A DNA stretch of 64,000 nucleotides from Octopus vulgaris (Eukaryota). Positions 1 to 12,573 of this stretch are shown piece by piece. Numbering within the stretch: the stretch's first letter is position 1; the number at the start of each line of letters is the position of its first letter. The translations under genes and the position numbers were made by a program. The DNA lies in NCBI GenBank assembly GCA_951406725.2, contig OX597834.1, forward strand, positions 27,342,001 through 27,406,000, written 5' to 3'. A model generated the notes under the pieces. That model was given only the letters and a program-made list of their open reading frames with translations, was not told the DNA's origin and made no database searches.

Positions 1-286
1 ACCGCTAAGTTACAGTGACGTAAACACACTGGCATCGGTTGTCAAGCGATGTTGGGGCGACAAACACAGACACATATATACACACACATACGTATATATA
101 TATACATATATATACATATATACGACGAGCTTTTTTCAGTTTCTGTCTACCAAATCCTCTCAGAAGGCTTTGGTTGGCCCGAGACTATAGTAGAAGACAC
201 TTGCCGAAGATATCACGCAGTGGGACTGAACCCGAAACCATGTGGTTGGTAAGCAAGCTACTTACCACACAGCCACTCCTACGCCT
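1..286 (-). mobile_element. SINE family A, cut by window edge
   Basis: Minus strand has a tRNA-like head (A box TGGCTGTGTGG; B-box-like GGTTCAGTCCC), then the body and internal (TA)/(TG) tract shared with the full copies at 16976 and 60832. Confidence 0.9.
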
Positions 287-957
287 ATTATATTTAATGA
301 TTAATCAATGGTATGACCAGCCACTACAAAGTCAGACAGTTAGTCGTTGTAGGAGGTTAGTAGTAGAGTCGTTGTACGAATTCTCAGTTTGAGTCAGTGT
401 CAGTTATGTGATATATACGAGTTCAAGTCAAGGTAGACGTTTCAAGTAATAGTTTGGCGGAGCTATCGGCGGACAACTTTATGCAACTACGCAATATAGA
501 GTTATTTATATAGCTGATTCAACCCACCACCCAATTTATTGGAAAGGGTGGAATCGAATGGTTCGGGGAAAATGTCACCTCCGAGCAATATATGAGTCAT
601 GTGACCACATTGAGTACTTGCTGTTTGAATGAAAAACGGGGTGGCCACGGATGGAGCAACTTGCATCACTTTCGATCGTAGTTGGTTTGAGAGTGAACAA
701 TAACAGCGACAGCAAGCAGACATTTTGGAACACTGATCCAATGGTGAGAGAAAGAGAGAGAGAGAGAAAGATGACAGAGAAAGAGGATTCGGGAGAAAGA
801 GAGAGAGAGAGAGAGAGGGGGGGGAGAGGGGGAAAGATAGCTTCCAAATAATGATGTCAAGACTCGTTACACTTAGAGACACACAAACATAAACAGAGAC
901 ACAAGTGCAGCAGCAAACAGCTCTCGGCGATTTTTGTCGCGGTGAACAATAATGATT

Positions 958-1009
958 CATGCATACATACATACATACATACACATACATACATACATAC
1001 ATACATACA

Positions 1010-1043
<34 letters not shown>

Positions 1044-1071
1044 CATACATACATACATACACGCATACATA

Positions 1072-1113
<42 letters not shown>

Positions 1114-1156
1114 CATACATATCTATGCAAGTATGTATATGTATATATATATATGC

Positions 1157-1221
<65 letters not shown>

Positions 1222-1305
1222 ACATACATATGTATTATATACGTATACTATTTACATTACATATGCATGCATATGTTCATGTATGTATATAAATGTATGT
1301 GTGTG

Positions 1306-1339
<34 letters not shown>

Positions 1340-1367
1340 CACATATATACATATATACATACATACT

Positions 1368-1431
<64 letters not shown>

Positions 1432-1465
1432 CATACATACATATATATATTTATATATACACATG
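958..1465. repeat. Compound (CATA)n/(TA)n microsatellite
   Basis: Directly visible; explains the YI/HTYI ORFs. Confidence 0.95.
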
Positions 1466-1624
1466 CATACACGAGCATACCTTTGCTTATACTGTATTTG
1501 GTGAGTTCCTCTTCAGTAATATATATATCCTGCAGCCATATTACCGGAACTGAACACTTGACACAGAATAAGAAACACACACACACATACAAAAACAAAA
1601 AATAAAGGAAATTAATAAAACCCA

Positions 1625-2026
1625 CAGCAAACAAGCGATAAGAATAATAAAATATATATATAAGTAATAAAAGTAATACAAAAATATATCCCTTAAAAAG
1701 ACTGGAAATTGTGCGAGCCATAGAGTGTGTCTCTAAGTTAGGGCAGTGAGCGAGCTTCTACGCGGTCGGTTTGTGCGCTAGAGATAGCTGCCAAATCGCT
1801 CTCAAATCGCAAGTCACTGACTTGATAAAGGAAATAGCATAAAACATTGGATAACTTAGCCGATCCAAATGGAGAATGTCGCTCACTGCCCTACCTTAGG
1901 GACACACTCTATGGTCCGCACAATTTCCAGTCTTTTTTAAGGGATATATTTTTGTATTACTTTTATTACTTATATATATATATATATATTATATTATATT
2001 ATATTATTCTTATCGCTTGTTTGCTG
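1625..2026. repeat. Long inverted repeat (fold-back), arms 1625-1753 and 1879-2026
   Basis: CAGCAAACAAGCGATAAGAATAATA...GGGCAGTGAGCGA is reverse-complemented in the right arm, with a few substitutions and a longer TA tract. Confidence 0.92.
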
Positions 2027-2350
2027 ATTTATATCCAGGTTTTAGTTATGATGAGGGTAGATTTTGGTTTCTGAATATCATGAGGAGTGGTGGCATGCCC
2101 TCAAGGTGCTACGTAAACCGATCCTTGACGATGTAGAGCCTTCCTCTTTTGCTTGCTCTTAGTTTCAAAGTGAGAATCACTTTGCGCAATGCGATCTTGC
2201 TCTGTATGCTTGGAAGTCTGCTCACCCATCAGGTTTAACCTAGGGCTAAACAATATCAACAAGAATAGCAACGGTGACGACAACAGCCAGTACAGGTAAT
2301 TGTGCATGGTATGTCACTAGAGTGCTATTGTATTTCCATCACCAGACGGT

Positions 2351-2580
2351 ACTCTTTTCTTTTTACTCTTTTACTCTTTTACTTGTTTCAGTCATTTGAC
2401 TGCGGCCATGCTGGAGCACCACCTTTAGTCGAGCAAATCGACCCCGGGACTTATTCTTTGTAAGCCCAGTACTTATTCTATCGGTCTCTTTTGCCGAACC
2501 GCTAAGTGACGGGGACGTAAATTCACCAGCATCGGTTGTCAAGCAATGCTAGGGGGACAAATACAGACACACAAACATAT

Positions 2581-2623
<43 letters not shown>

Positions 2624-2789
2624 TACGACAGGCTTCTTTCAGTTTCCGTCTACCAAATCCACTCACAAGGCATTGGTCGGCGCGGGGCTATAGCAGAAGA
2701 CACTTGCCCAAGATGCCACGCAGTGAGACTGAACCCGGAACCATGTGGCTGGTTAGCAAGCTACTTACCACACAGCCACTCCTGCGCCT
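2351..2789 (-). mobile_element. SINE family A, full length
   Basis: Head GGCGCAGGAGTGGCTGTGTGG, internal microsatellite, 3' end GGTGCTCCAGCATGGCCGCAGTCAAATGACTGAAACA plus (AGTAAAAG)n tail. Confidence 0.93.
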
Positions 2790-3469
2790 ATGTAATCTTG
2801 AAGATATGTTCATATGTATTGAGATCTCCGTCCGTTGTCTTTTCCATTTAACATCATCTTGTAGCAACATCTGTTTCGATTTAGTTTAATACCCACACCA
2901 TTTACTAATCTTATTCAACACCATGACCATCACCACAAATATTATGCTGTCGTGTAGTTTTTTTTTTATATTAGATTGCACTCCCGGCTCTCAAACTTAA
3001 TAGCGAACACCACCTATATCACAACGACATTTTTTTTGTCACGTAACTCACAACAAAATAACGTCGCAACAAACGCAGCTTTCAACGCTAACAACAATTA
3101 CCACAATATCTTCTTCATAACATACTTTACAAGAAATCCACATCACAATAAAACCAATTCACAAAACGAACAACAAACTCTCCTAAAACCGTAATGAATT
3201 CTACTTTCATCAGACACCAACCTCGCAAAATAACAGTAAATATTATCAATAACACCTCGTCTTTGATACTATGCCTCACAACAAGCCAATTATCACAACA
3301 ATAACAATAAGAGTCAACAGCAATGTTAGAACAATCTCATATCGAACACATTGCCTCAATCGTCAAATCGCCAACAACAAAATTACAACACACAACCTCT
3401 AGTTTACCAAACAACTATCCAACAAACCTATCGTCAGAACAACAACCAGCAGCAGCAACAACAACAACA

Positions 3470-3532
3470 GTGGAGGCGCAATGGCCCAGTGGTTAGGGCA
3501 GTGGACTCGCGGTCGTAGGAACGCGGTTTCGA
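3470..3532 (+). mobile_element. SINE family B tRNA-like head only
   Basis: GTGGAGGCGCAATGGCCCAGTGGTTAGGGCAG...GGTTTCGA matches the head at 17694; the match stops inside the B box. Confidence 0.85.
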
Positions 3533-3777
3533 CGTAGCTTTCGCGCCCGTGCAACCGCCAGTCTATCGCGTGTGGTGGGTGGATCTACAAGTTTCCACAT
3601 GCATTCTTAGTAGCTTAGAGTAGGCTCGAATTAGAGATTATTCTTTGTGGCTAATGGCGCGAGTCCTGATTGGAAGAAGAAAAAGAAGAAGAAGAAGAGG
3701 AAGAAGAAGAACCACCACCACTACCACCACCATCACCACCACCTCTACCACCATCACCACCATCACCACCACCACCA

Positions 3778-3826
3778 CATATTCATCTGCTTAGCGTTTA
3801 GCCCTTGGCCAATTGCTTTTGTGAAG
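3778..3826 (+). repeat. 49-bp dispersed core between (CCA)n and (GAA)n, copy 1
   Basis: CATATTCATCTGCTTAGCGTTTAGCCCTTGGCCAATTGCTTTTGTGAAG; second copy at 36772-36820 differs at 2 positions. Confidence 0.9.
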
Positions 3827-4317
3827 AAGAAGAAGAAGAAGAAGAAGAAGAAGAAGAAGAAGAAGAAGAAGAAGAAATAGTAGAAGAAGAAGAAGAAGAA
3901 GAAGAAGAAGAAGAAGAAGAAGAAGAAGAAGAAGAAGACAGCAACAACAACAAATAGTGCTAAATATTATAATAATAATAACTTGTTCAGCAGAAGGCCT
4001 CATAACATATTGAGTCCCCCCTCACAACAATCAAACACTAAACCGCAAACAGCAAAATTACCGCAGCACTTTGTCACATTTGATCACAACGAAGCAACCC
4101 TCGCCAAAACACGACGATGACGAAGGCAGCGATATTCGCATCAGCTGCTGCAGCCACAGAAACGCATTTCGTCAGTCCTTACCAAAGACACCCTTGAAGG
4201 CGTGCTTATATCAGTTGTGAGAGGTTTACTTCCGATCCCTTTGTCTCTGACATTTATTTACTCCTTCACTTAGGACTGGTGGTGTTTCGTTTCGGCGTTC
4301 GTCGTTTCGCTTCGTTC

Positions 4318-4365
<48 letters not shown>

Positions 4366-4415
4366 ATTATTATCATCATCATTATTATTATCATTATTAT
4401 TATTATTATTATTAT

Positions 4416-4450
<35 letters not shown>

Positions 4451-4499
4451 TTGTTGTTGATGTTGTTATTATTATCATCATCATCATTATCATCATCAT

Positions 4500-4538
<39 letters not shown>

Positions 4539-5054
4539 TATTATTATTATTATTATTATTTGTGTTATAATTCATTTTAGTCCGCTCACCACGGCAACGA
4601 CGACGACGACCACCACCACCACTACCAACATCATCACCGCTGCCTACATCACCACCCCTTTCACAGTATCACGACCGCCAACCGCCACCACCACCATCAC
4701 AACCGCCAACCACCATCACATACCACCACTACCATCACCACTACCACCATCACCATCACTACAATCACCGCCGCCGCCGCCACCACCACCACCACCACCA
4801 CCACTACCAATACCACCATACCGTTTATTTATATATTTATTTACTTTTCTAGGTTGTAGTCATTGAGTACTTGATAAATACTTGACTGGAGTGAAGAATA
4901 ACAGTTTTAAATCCATTATGTCGACCACATTTCTCTCTTCTCTTTCTATTCCGTTTTTAACATTTTCCTTTCATTATTTTGGTTTTATTTTTGTCATTTT
5001 GAAATTTCCGATGGCGTAAAAACGCGTTATTTGTGTTTCGTTTCGTTTCGTTTA

Positions 5055-5550
5055 TCTTTATATATAAAAGTGAAGTTGTGTGTCTGTCTTCTACGATTTA
5101 GATTCCTAACTACTCCAACATTTTGCGGTGCAGTTTAACCAAAACCGAGTATCTTATAGTCGTGATTCATATCGAGCCCTTCTGGGTATTAGCGCGCGTC
5201 TACGATGAGTCTACGATTTTAAAAATAATTTACCATCATTTTTTCCATTTTAATGCATTTTTTCGCTATTATATAAGGGAAGTAACTCTCTAAAAATGTC
5301 TACGATGAGCCAACGATTTTTACAAAAATTTACCATCATTTTTTCCCATTTTAATGTATTTTTCGCTATTATATAAGGGAAGTAACTCTCTAAAAATGTC
5401 TACGATGAGTCAACAATTTAAAAAAAATTTACCATCATTTTGTTTCCATTTTTGATGCATTTTTTTGCTATTTTTTGGCTATAACTCTCTAAAAATGCTT
5501 ATAAAGTTATTTCCCTTACAAACCCGAGCAACGCCGGGGGATACTGCTAG
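5055..5550 (+). mobile_element. Non-autonomous Helitron, copy 1 (three ~100-bp internal repeats)
   Basis: 5' TC and 3' CTAG termini, inserted between A and T with no TSD; GC-rich hairpin CCCGAGCAACGCCGGG just before the 3' end. Confidence 0.88.
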
Positions 5551-5933
5551 TTTAATCTAAATTAAACGATAATTCCAGTAAACTGGTGTAAATTTGCAAT
5601 TACCCTTATGTTCTGAAGGGGCCTGAAGAATTTGGTAACAGAAATAGAATGCAGCACCTTGGGCGAATGCATATCTTCTACGACAATGCTACAGGGCGAC
5701 CAATGCTTCGCCAATGTCAATTTGTTAGACTGAGGCTAGGAGTGAAACTACAGTGCCAAGGACATCTTGAGACCAGCCGCTGTAATCCTAGCTTGTCGCC
5801 TGTAAGTGAAAAAGAAGAATGGGAAGTTTTGGACGGGAAAATAGTTCGGGAACTGAATGTGCTGAAAGAGAAGCACGCTCTGGATCAAAAGCTAGTCACA
5901 TTCGAATATGTGCGTTTTTAACGTATGCTAAAT

Positions 5934-6271
5934 GAAGGTGCATGGCTCAGTGGCTAGAGCGTCGAGCTTACTATCGTGAGGCTGTGAGCTCGAATCCTAG
6001 ACCGGGCTGCGTGTTGTGTTCTTGAGCAAGACACTTTATTTCATGTTGCTCCAGTTCACTCAGCTGTAGAAATGAGTTGCGACGTCACAGGCACTAAGCT
6101 GCATCGGCCCCTTTGCCTTTCCCTTGGATAACACTGGTGACGTGGAGAGGGGAGGCAGGTATGCATGGGTGACTGCTGGATTTCCATAAGCAACCTTGCC
6201 CGTACTTGTGCCTGGGAGGGTAACTTTCTAGGTGCAATCGCATGGGCTGTGTCGTGACCGAAGGGCGTCTC
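5934..6271 (+). mobile_element. SINE family D (tRNA head, CORE-like central block)
   Basis: A box TGGCTCAGTGG, degenerate B box GCTCGAATCC; TGTGTTCTTGAGCAAGACACTT...CTCAGCTGTAGAAATGAG resembles the CORE domain (from memory); the 3' half recurs at 40951-41146. Confidence 0.82.
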
Positions 6272-6429
6272 AGAAGTGAAGTAACCCAGAGTGAGTCACG
6301 TTGGCGGTAGCGTTGACACCGTCGACGTTTCACCGTTACCATGACTACCGACGTTATTTAAAAAATTAAGTCTGAAAGCAGAGGCACTGGTGAAGAGATT
6401 CAGCTAGATCGTGTCGACAAAATCTCCAT

Positions 6430-6850
6430 GACTGTGAGGTAAGAAACTTGTTCCTCAACCATACCCTCGACAAGTGTCATCTATTATAGCCTCGGACCCA
6501 GCAAAGCCTTATGAGTGGGTTTGGTAGACGGAAACAGAAAGAAACCCGTCGTATATGTATATATGCATGCATGTATGTATAAAGATAATCTGGAACTCGA
6601 CAATTTACCCATCACATCCTGTAGTGTATGTGTTTATGTTTTTACACCACCACCACCACCACCGCTTGATAACCGGTGCTGGTTTTGTTTACGTCCCTGT
6701 AACTTAGCAGTTCGGCAAAAGAGAGCAATAGGATAAGTACTTAGCAGAACAAAAAACTAAGTCCTAGGGTCCGATTTATTCAACTAAAAATTCTTCAAGG
6801 AGGTGCCCTAGCATGGCCGCAGTATAATGACTGAAACAAGTGAAAGATAC
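6430..6850 (+). mobile_element. Diverged SINE family A
   Basis: TTGGTAGACGGAAAC...GTCGTATA body and GCATGGCCGCAGT...TGACTGAAACAAGT tail, with many substitutions. Confidence 0.78.
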
Positions 6851-7094
6851 AAGAATCATAATAAGTCTCCGACATCCAAGTGCCTGGAAAACATCAGCAG
6901 AATGCACCCAGGAATCATGAGCTGGATGTGGCCCGGTCTCTTTAGCGTCCAAGCAGTTAAGAGCCGAAACACTTTCCTGTGATGGGTTTCTTCTCAGAAG
7001 ACCTTTTGCTGATCAGTTTTCCCGAGAATATCATAGTACTTCTTATCACTGTGGACAAGTACATCGTGTATACGTTTCAATTTTCTATTTTTAA

Positions 7095-7491
7095 TCTTTA
7101 TATATAAAAGCGAAGTTGTGTGTCTGTCTCCTACGATTTAGATTCCTAACTACTCCCACATTTTGCGGTGCAGTTTAACCAAAACCGGGTATCTTATAGT
7201 CGTGATTCATATCGAGCCCTTCTGGGTATTAGCGCGTGTCTACGATGAGTCTACGATTTAAAAAAAAATTACCATCATTTTTTCCATTTTAATGCATATT
7301 TTTCGCTATTATATAAGGGAAGTAACTCTCTAAAAATGTCTACGATGAGTCAACGATTATTAAAAAAAATTACCATCATTTTCTTTCCATTTTTAATGCA
7401 TTTTTTTGTTATTTTTTGGCTATAACTCTCTAAAAATGCTTATATAGTTATTTCCCTTACAAACCCGAGCAACGCCGGGCGATACTGCTAG
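7095..7491 (+). mobile_element. Non-autonomous Helitron, copy 2 (two internal repeats)
   Basis: Same termini (A|TC...CTAG|T) and hairpin as 5055-5550; 99 bp shorter. Confidence 0.88.
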
Positions 7492-7564
7492 TTTAGAATA
7501 AATTTTGGCTGGCCACATGCTTAGAGGCATGGTTGTGAAAGAAAGTATCTTGTTTACTTTGTGA

Positions 7565-7906
7565 ACCTTTAAATCTTAAGAAACTCTTGCAGATTTTTAT
7601 TCTCTCAGATACTGTGATCATGAGACACGTATGAATTCACGAATTGCATTCTCTGTCCAAGAACCCAAGTTCAGCCATATTTTGCTCCAGTCGGGTTGTT
7701 ATGTATCCAGTTGATCCAATAATTAATAGGTTTGAATTGAAAGTGCTTTTCAGTCTTGGATTTACCAATTTCTTATCAATGGTCCGTAGACATTTCTTTC
7801 TCTTGTATTTTCCCGATCGTATTGGCATCCAACATCAGAAGATTTACACAGGAATGCATATTTTGTTTTAGTGGTCCCACACAACATCGAGTCGGTTGTG
7901 CTGTAA
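7565..7906 (-). pseudogene. Decayed C-terminus of a non-LTR retrotransposon ORF, restriction-like endonuclease (R4/Dong-like)
   Basis: Translation across stops and frameshifts: HNRLDVVWDH*NKIC...LDANTIGKIQEKE/NVYGPLIRN...IIGSTGYITTRLEQNMAELGF...IKICKSFLRFK, resembling the HNRPD..D..K..Y..IIGALG pattern of these LINEs. Confidence 0.72.
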
Positions 7907-7970
7907 TTATGTATGTATGCATGTATGTATATAGATACATATATGCGGGCATATTTACATACACATACAG

Positions 7971-8100
7971 CTTCTTCTTCTTCTTCTTCTTCTTCTTCTT
8001 CTTCTTCTTCTTCTTCTTCTTCTTCTTCTTCTTTTTTCTTCTTCTTCTCATTCTTCTTCTCCTTCTTCTTCTTCTTCTTCTTCTTCTTCTTCTTCTTCTC

Positions 8101-8131
<31 letters not shown>

Positions 8132-8413
8132 TCCTCCTCCTCCTCCTTTTTCTTCTTCTTCTTCTTCTTCTTCTTCTTCTTCTCCTTCTTCCTCTTCTTC
8201 TTCTTCTCCTCCTCCTCCTCCTTTTTCTTCTTCTTCTTCTTCTTCTTCTTCTTCTTCTTGCCGTTGTCGTCAACATCATCATCATGATTAGTAGTAGTAG
8301 TAGAAGAAGTAGTAGTAGTAGTTGTAGCAGTGGTAGTGGTGGTAGTAGTAGTAGTAGTATTTGTAGTAGTAGTAGTCGTAGTAGTAGTAGTATTAGTAGT
8401 CGTATTAGTAGTC

Positions 8414-8466
<53 letters not shown>

Positions 8467-8470
8467 TGTA
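7971..8470. repeat. (CTT)n then (TAG)n microsatellites
   Basis: Directly visible. Confidence 0.95.
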
Positions 8471-8775
8471 AGAATTATCATCATCGATCACGGTGGTGAT
8501 AACTGAAATGGTGCTTTATCTTCTGTTTGAATGATTGCTGCACTCCCCTCCGCCCTTCCCCTACCAAACCCAAACAAAAACAAAAACAGAAAAAGTAAAA
8601 TAAAAGATAACAATATAATAAAATAAAAGAGAGTGACGCCAAACAAAAACGACCAAACCAACAACGCCATGTTTTAAATGTCAAAGTAAGGCGGCAAAAC
8701 GAAGACATGCAATTTGAACCTGTGAATTCTCTGTTGTTGTATTTGTCACGTGAGTAATAGACAGACACACAAATA

Positions 8776-8855
<80 letters not shown>

Positions 8856-9189
8856 TATATTTTATATATCTAATACGACTGTACATATAAATATAGTGTG
8901 CATATGACTGTATATTCTTCGTATCAAAGCTAAGATTGCATTCAATGAGAATTTGTGAAGCTCCCTCAGAATGGAAGAAAACAAAAATCATTATTAATTC
9001 ACAGAAAATTCTTAGGTTCAATTCTCGCTTGTGTCTGTCGTATTCTTCCATTGTCTGCCATGTTTCAGTGAAGAATCTTCATAAAGGAGGAACAAGTAGT
9101 TGAAACATGTCTTTGAGATGAACAGATATGAAGAGAAGACATTCCTAACCAATTTTATTTGTAGCTACGTTTTTGTCCTTTATACTTTG

Positions 9190-9281
<92 letters not shown>

Positions 9282-9296
9282 TATAATATACATACA

Positions 9297-9341
<45 letters not shown>

Positions 9342-9460
9342 CATGCATATACACACAAAGTGATTTCTAAACACAAGAAAAATAAAATTAAATTAAAACA
9401 AAAATAATTATAGTTACATCAATAACAATAAGATCATAATAATACTTGTAGTAGTAGTAA

Positions 9461-9501
<41 letters not shown>

Positions 9502-9632
9502 ATAGCTGCAGCATCAGCAACATCAGCAGCAGGAAAGAGAATGTATATGAGGAAGATAATAATGATAATAATAATAATAGCGATAAAGATGATGATGATG
9601 ACGATGACGATGATGATGATGATGATGATGAC

Positions 9633-9664
<32 letters not shown>

Positions 9665-10205
9665 CGACGATGACAATGACGATGACGATGATGATGATGA
9701 TTATAATATAGTGGTTTCTGGCCTCATTCAATGTTGTCTATAATGGGTTTTCAAGGTTGGATTGTTTCCCCCTGTTTTCAGTGCTTTGATATGAGATTTT
9801 TCAGTTTGGGATTGCATGAAAAGGAGGTGGGGGGGTCTCCTCCTACCACTGGAACTTGGCCACGTCACGGTTTTTGGTACAGTTTCCTCCTACCATTGTG
9901 GTATTGTCACGTTATGTCGTTCTTGTCGTTTCCGGCGTTGCAGTTCGCGATCGTCAGTCTCCTACGACAAAAATGATGATCACAAAAATGACAGAAGCAG
10001 AAGCAGAGGCAGAAGTAGAAGATGAAGGGGAGGAGGTAGAAGAGGAGGAGGAGGAGGTGGAAAAGGAGAAAGAAGAAAACCGTTTTTCTATCATTCATAC
10101 TGAAATCAAATGAACATCAAGCTGGTAACTCAACACTCTAGAAAGAGCAGTAAAAGCACTATTTTGAATGTGACACTAATGAATAAAGACAAAATAAGTA
10201 CTATA

Positions 10206-10270
<65 letters not shown>

Positions 10271-10373
10271 GTATATATATATATATGTATATATATATAA
10301 ATTAAATTAGAGATAAAAACCACTATTAGGCAACTCAAGTAAGTTTGGATATACTCCCTAATATCATTATTAT

Positions 10374-10425
<52 letters not shown>

Positions 10426-10466
10426 GTATGTATATATATATACATACATTCATACATACATACATA

Positions 10467-10523
<57 letters not shown>

Positions 10524-10540
10524 ACTTACATACATAGATA

Positions 10541-10735
10541 AGCTTAGATATGTTTCGACTAAAGATTGGTCCAGGCCACGTCTAACTTAATAGCACCACC
10601 TGATAGGATTATCTAAATCCTGTTTAAGTCAAGTTTTGTTTATGGTCCATTCACGTAGTGAGTTCTTCTTAATTGAGTTGTATCCAGGTAGGGATAGCTT
10701 ATCCGGTATTCCTTGAAGAAATCTGTCCAGGCTCC
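10541..10735 (-). mobile_element. 5'-truncated LINE 3' end (CR1/L2-group-like), copy 1
   Basis: Encodes SLDRFLQGIPDKLSLPGYNSIKKNSLREWTINKT* plus a short 3' UTR; homologous to 46777-46983, with several synonymous differences. Confidence 0.78.
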
Positions 10736-10777
10736 ATGGGTATATATAAGTATATCACTTATTTCTTTGCCACATTA

Positions 10778-10829
10778 ATCACTGATGAAGGGAAGGTTCT
10801 TATGAACTAACTCTGAAATCGGGTCCGAT
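10778..10829 (+). ncRNA. Minimal type I hammerhead ribozyme motif, slightly decayed; probable Penelope-like relic
   Basis: ATCA-CTGATGA-stem II (contains GTTC TTAT GAAC)-GAAA-TCGGG-TC-CGAT; stem I has a core-proximal A-C mismatch. Confidence 0.6.
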
Positions 10830-11065
10830 ATGGTAATAACGGGATTTTTTAGAAATCTCTGTCGGCTTTCTTCGACACGCGTGCTTGTGGTGATAAATTA
10901 CATGGTTATTGACGTTGTGTCTATTTTCGGCATATTTTGGCATTAGAAATTTTTTCTTTTGCCCTTACTTATAAATTGTTTATAAATTTAACCTTTAAAG
11001 GTATTTTTTAATAAGCTGGCCATTGATAGAAATTTTTTCGAAAAATTTTATGCTACATTAGATGT

Positions 11066-11379
11066 GATCACCGTGATCACCGTGACCGACCAGGCTATCA
11101 GATGTTGCTACACATCGCTGGTCACAATGCGCTTCGAATTGATTTAGCCTTCAAATGACGCCACCCCGCTGGCTAAGCGAGCAGGCCAACAGAAGAAAGA
11201 GTGAGAGAAAGTTGTGGCGAAAGAGTACAGCAGGGATCGCCACCATCCCCTGCCGGAGCCTCGTGGGGCTTTAAGTGTTTTCGCTCAATAAACACAGACA
11301 ACGCCCGGTCTGAGAATCGAAACCGCGATCCTACAACCGCGAATTCGCTGCCCTAACCACTAGGCCATTGCGCCTCCAC
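11066..11379 (-). mobile_element. SINE family B, tail type B2
   Basis: B head and body; tail ends in (CACGGTGAT)n; TSD ATTAGATGT at 11057-11065 and 11382-11390. Confidence 0.92.
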
Positions 11380-11520
11380 ATATTAGATGTATATATACAC
11401 ATATATATATACACATAAATATTATTATGTGTATCAAAACTACAATCTTACGATCTCGAGTGCAACACACTAAACACTAAGCCATGCATTTCCACTTACA
11501 TAAAGATTTCCTATTTTTAA

Positions 11521-11732
11521 CTGTTTAGCATTTAAACAGGCCATATCCGGCCCAAATATTGTACCTGTTTTATGATAAAGCTGGCCAGATCCAGTCTCTC
11601 ATACCAGTCCTGCAATGTCATCCTAAAAATACACAATCACATCTTTGAAATCTCAAAGCTACGAGATAGCACAGGATAAATTATGTAAAATGTGAATATA
11701 ACATTTGACAAAGTAATCTGAATTCTAAAGGG
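11521..11732. mobile_element. Degenerate piggyBac-like MITE
   Basis: Flanked by TTAA and TTAG; imperfect TIRs CTGTTTAGCATTTA and TGAATTCTAAAGGG. Confidence 0.5.
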
Positions 11733-11894
11733 TTAGAGAAGGGTTCTGAGAGTGAGGTTTTTGTAGACGTGCCAAGATGTTTCGTGAAGTGTCAGGTGGA
11801 TGTACACGTAAAGACGAGTATGAGAGTTGCATATAATAGGGATACTATGTGGTGGCCAAGACACCCGGGTACCTGGGTATGTGTACATAGGATA

Positions 11895-11940
<46 letters not shown>

Positions 11941-12010
11941 CATATACACACACTTGGATTTTTTACTATTTATATTACTATTTAGAAATTATTTACTCTT
12001 ATTATTATAT

Positions 12011-12077
<67 letters not shown>

Positions 12078-12513
12078 TGTATGTATGTATGTATGTATGT
12101 GTATTTACATAAAGTGAGGTAGAAGCATGTAAACGCGGGGTAGGTATATGGCGATAGAGATTGGACTGGGTCATTTCGGGTAGAGTGTAATAGTAGGAAC
12201 TTGAGATTTCGGGTATGTCGTTCAGTATGCAGAATAGGGTGGGTTGAGAGGGGAAGGAGGGGGATAAATAAGAGAGTAGGTGAGTTTTTTAATATTCTAA
12301 TTCCGTGCGAGGGTGTGCAAGAAAAAGACTGCTGGTATGTGTGCATATACATACACGTACACGTACACAGATACATGCATATACATACATACGTACATAT
12401 ATGCACAAATATATACACACACATATATATATATATATATATAGACACGTATATATCTATATATTTATCTGTCTGTCAATCTCACTCTCTCTCTCTCTTT
12501 ATCTATCTATCTA

Positions 12514-12573
<60 letters not shown>

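Noticed and set aside
1775-1860. Faint recurring motif GA.ATAGC.GCCAAAT..CTCAAATC (also ~23975, 36420, 61670) and TTTAGCCCCAGG..GACCT (16375, 16650)
   Set aside because: Probably an ancient dispersed repeat, but too decayed to bound or classify by eye.
2536-2889. Recurrent MSSNARGTNTDT.../MLGGQTQTH... ORF family
   Set aside because: Antisense reading of SINE A; recurrence reflects the repeat, and frames vary with the internal microsatellite.
5649-5921. 90-aa non-repetitive ORF; also 14728-14949 and 62484-63053
   Set aside because: No recognisable domain or gene structure; the last overlaps repeats.
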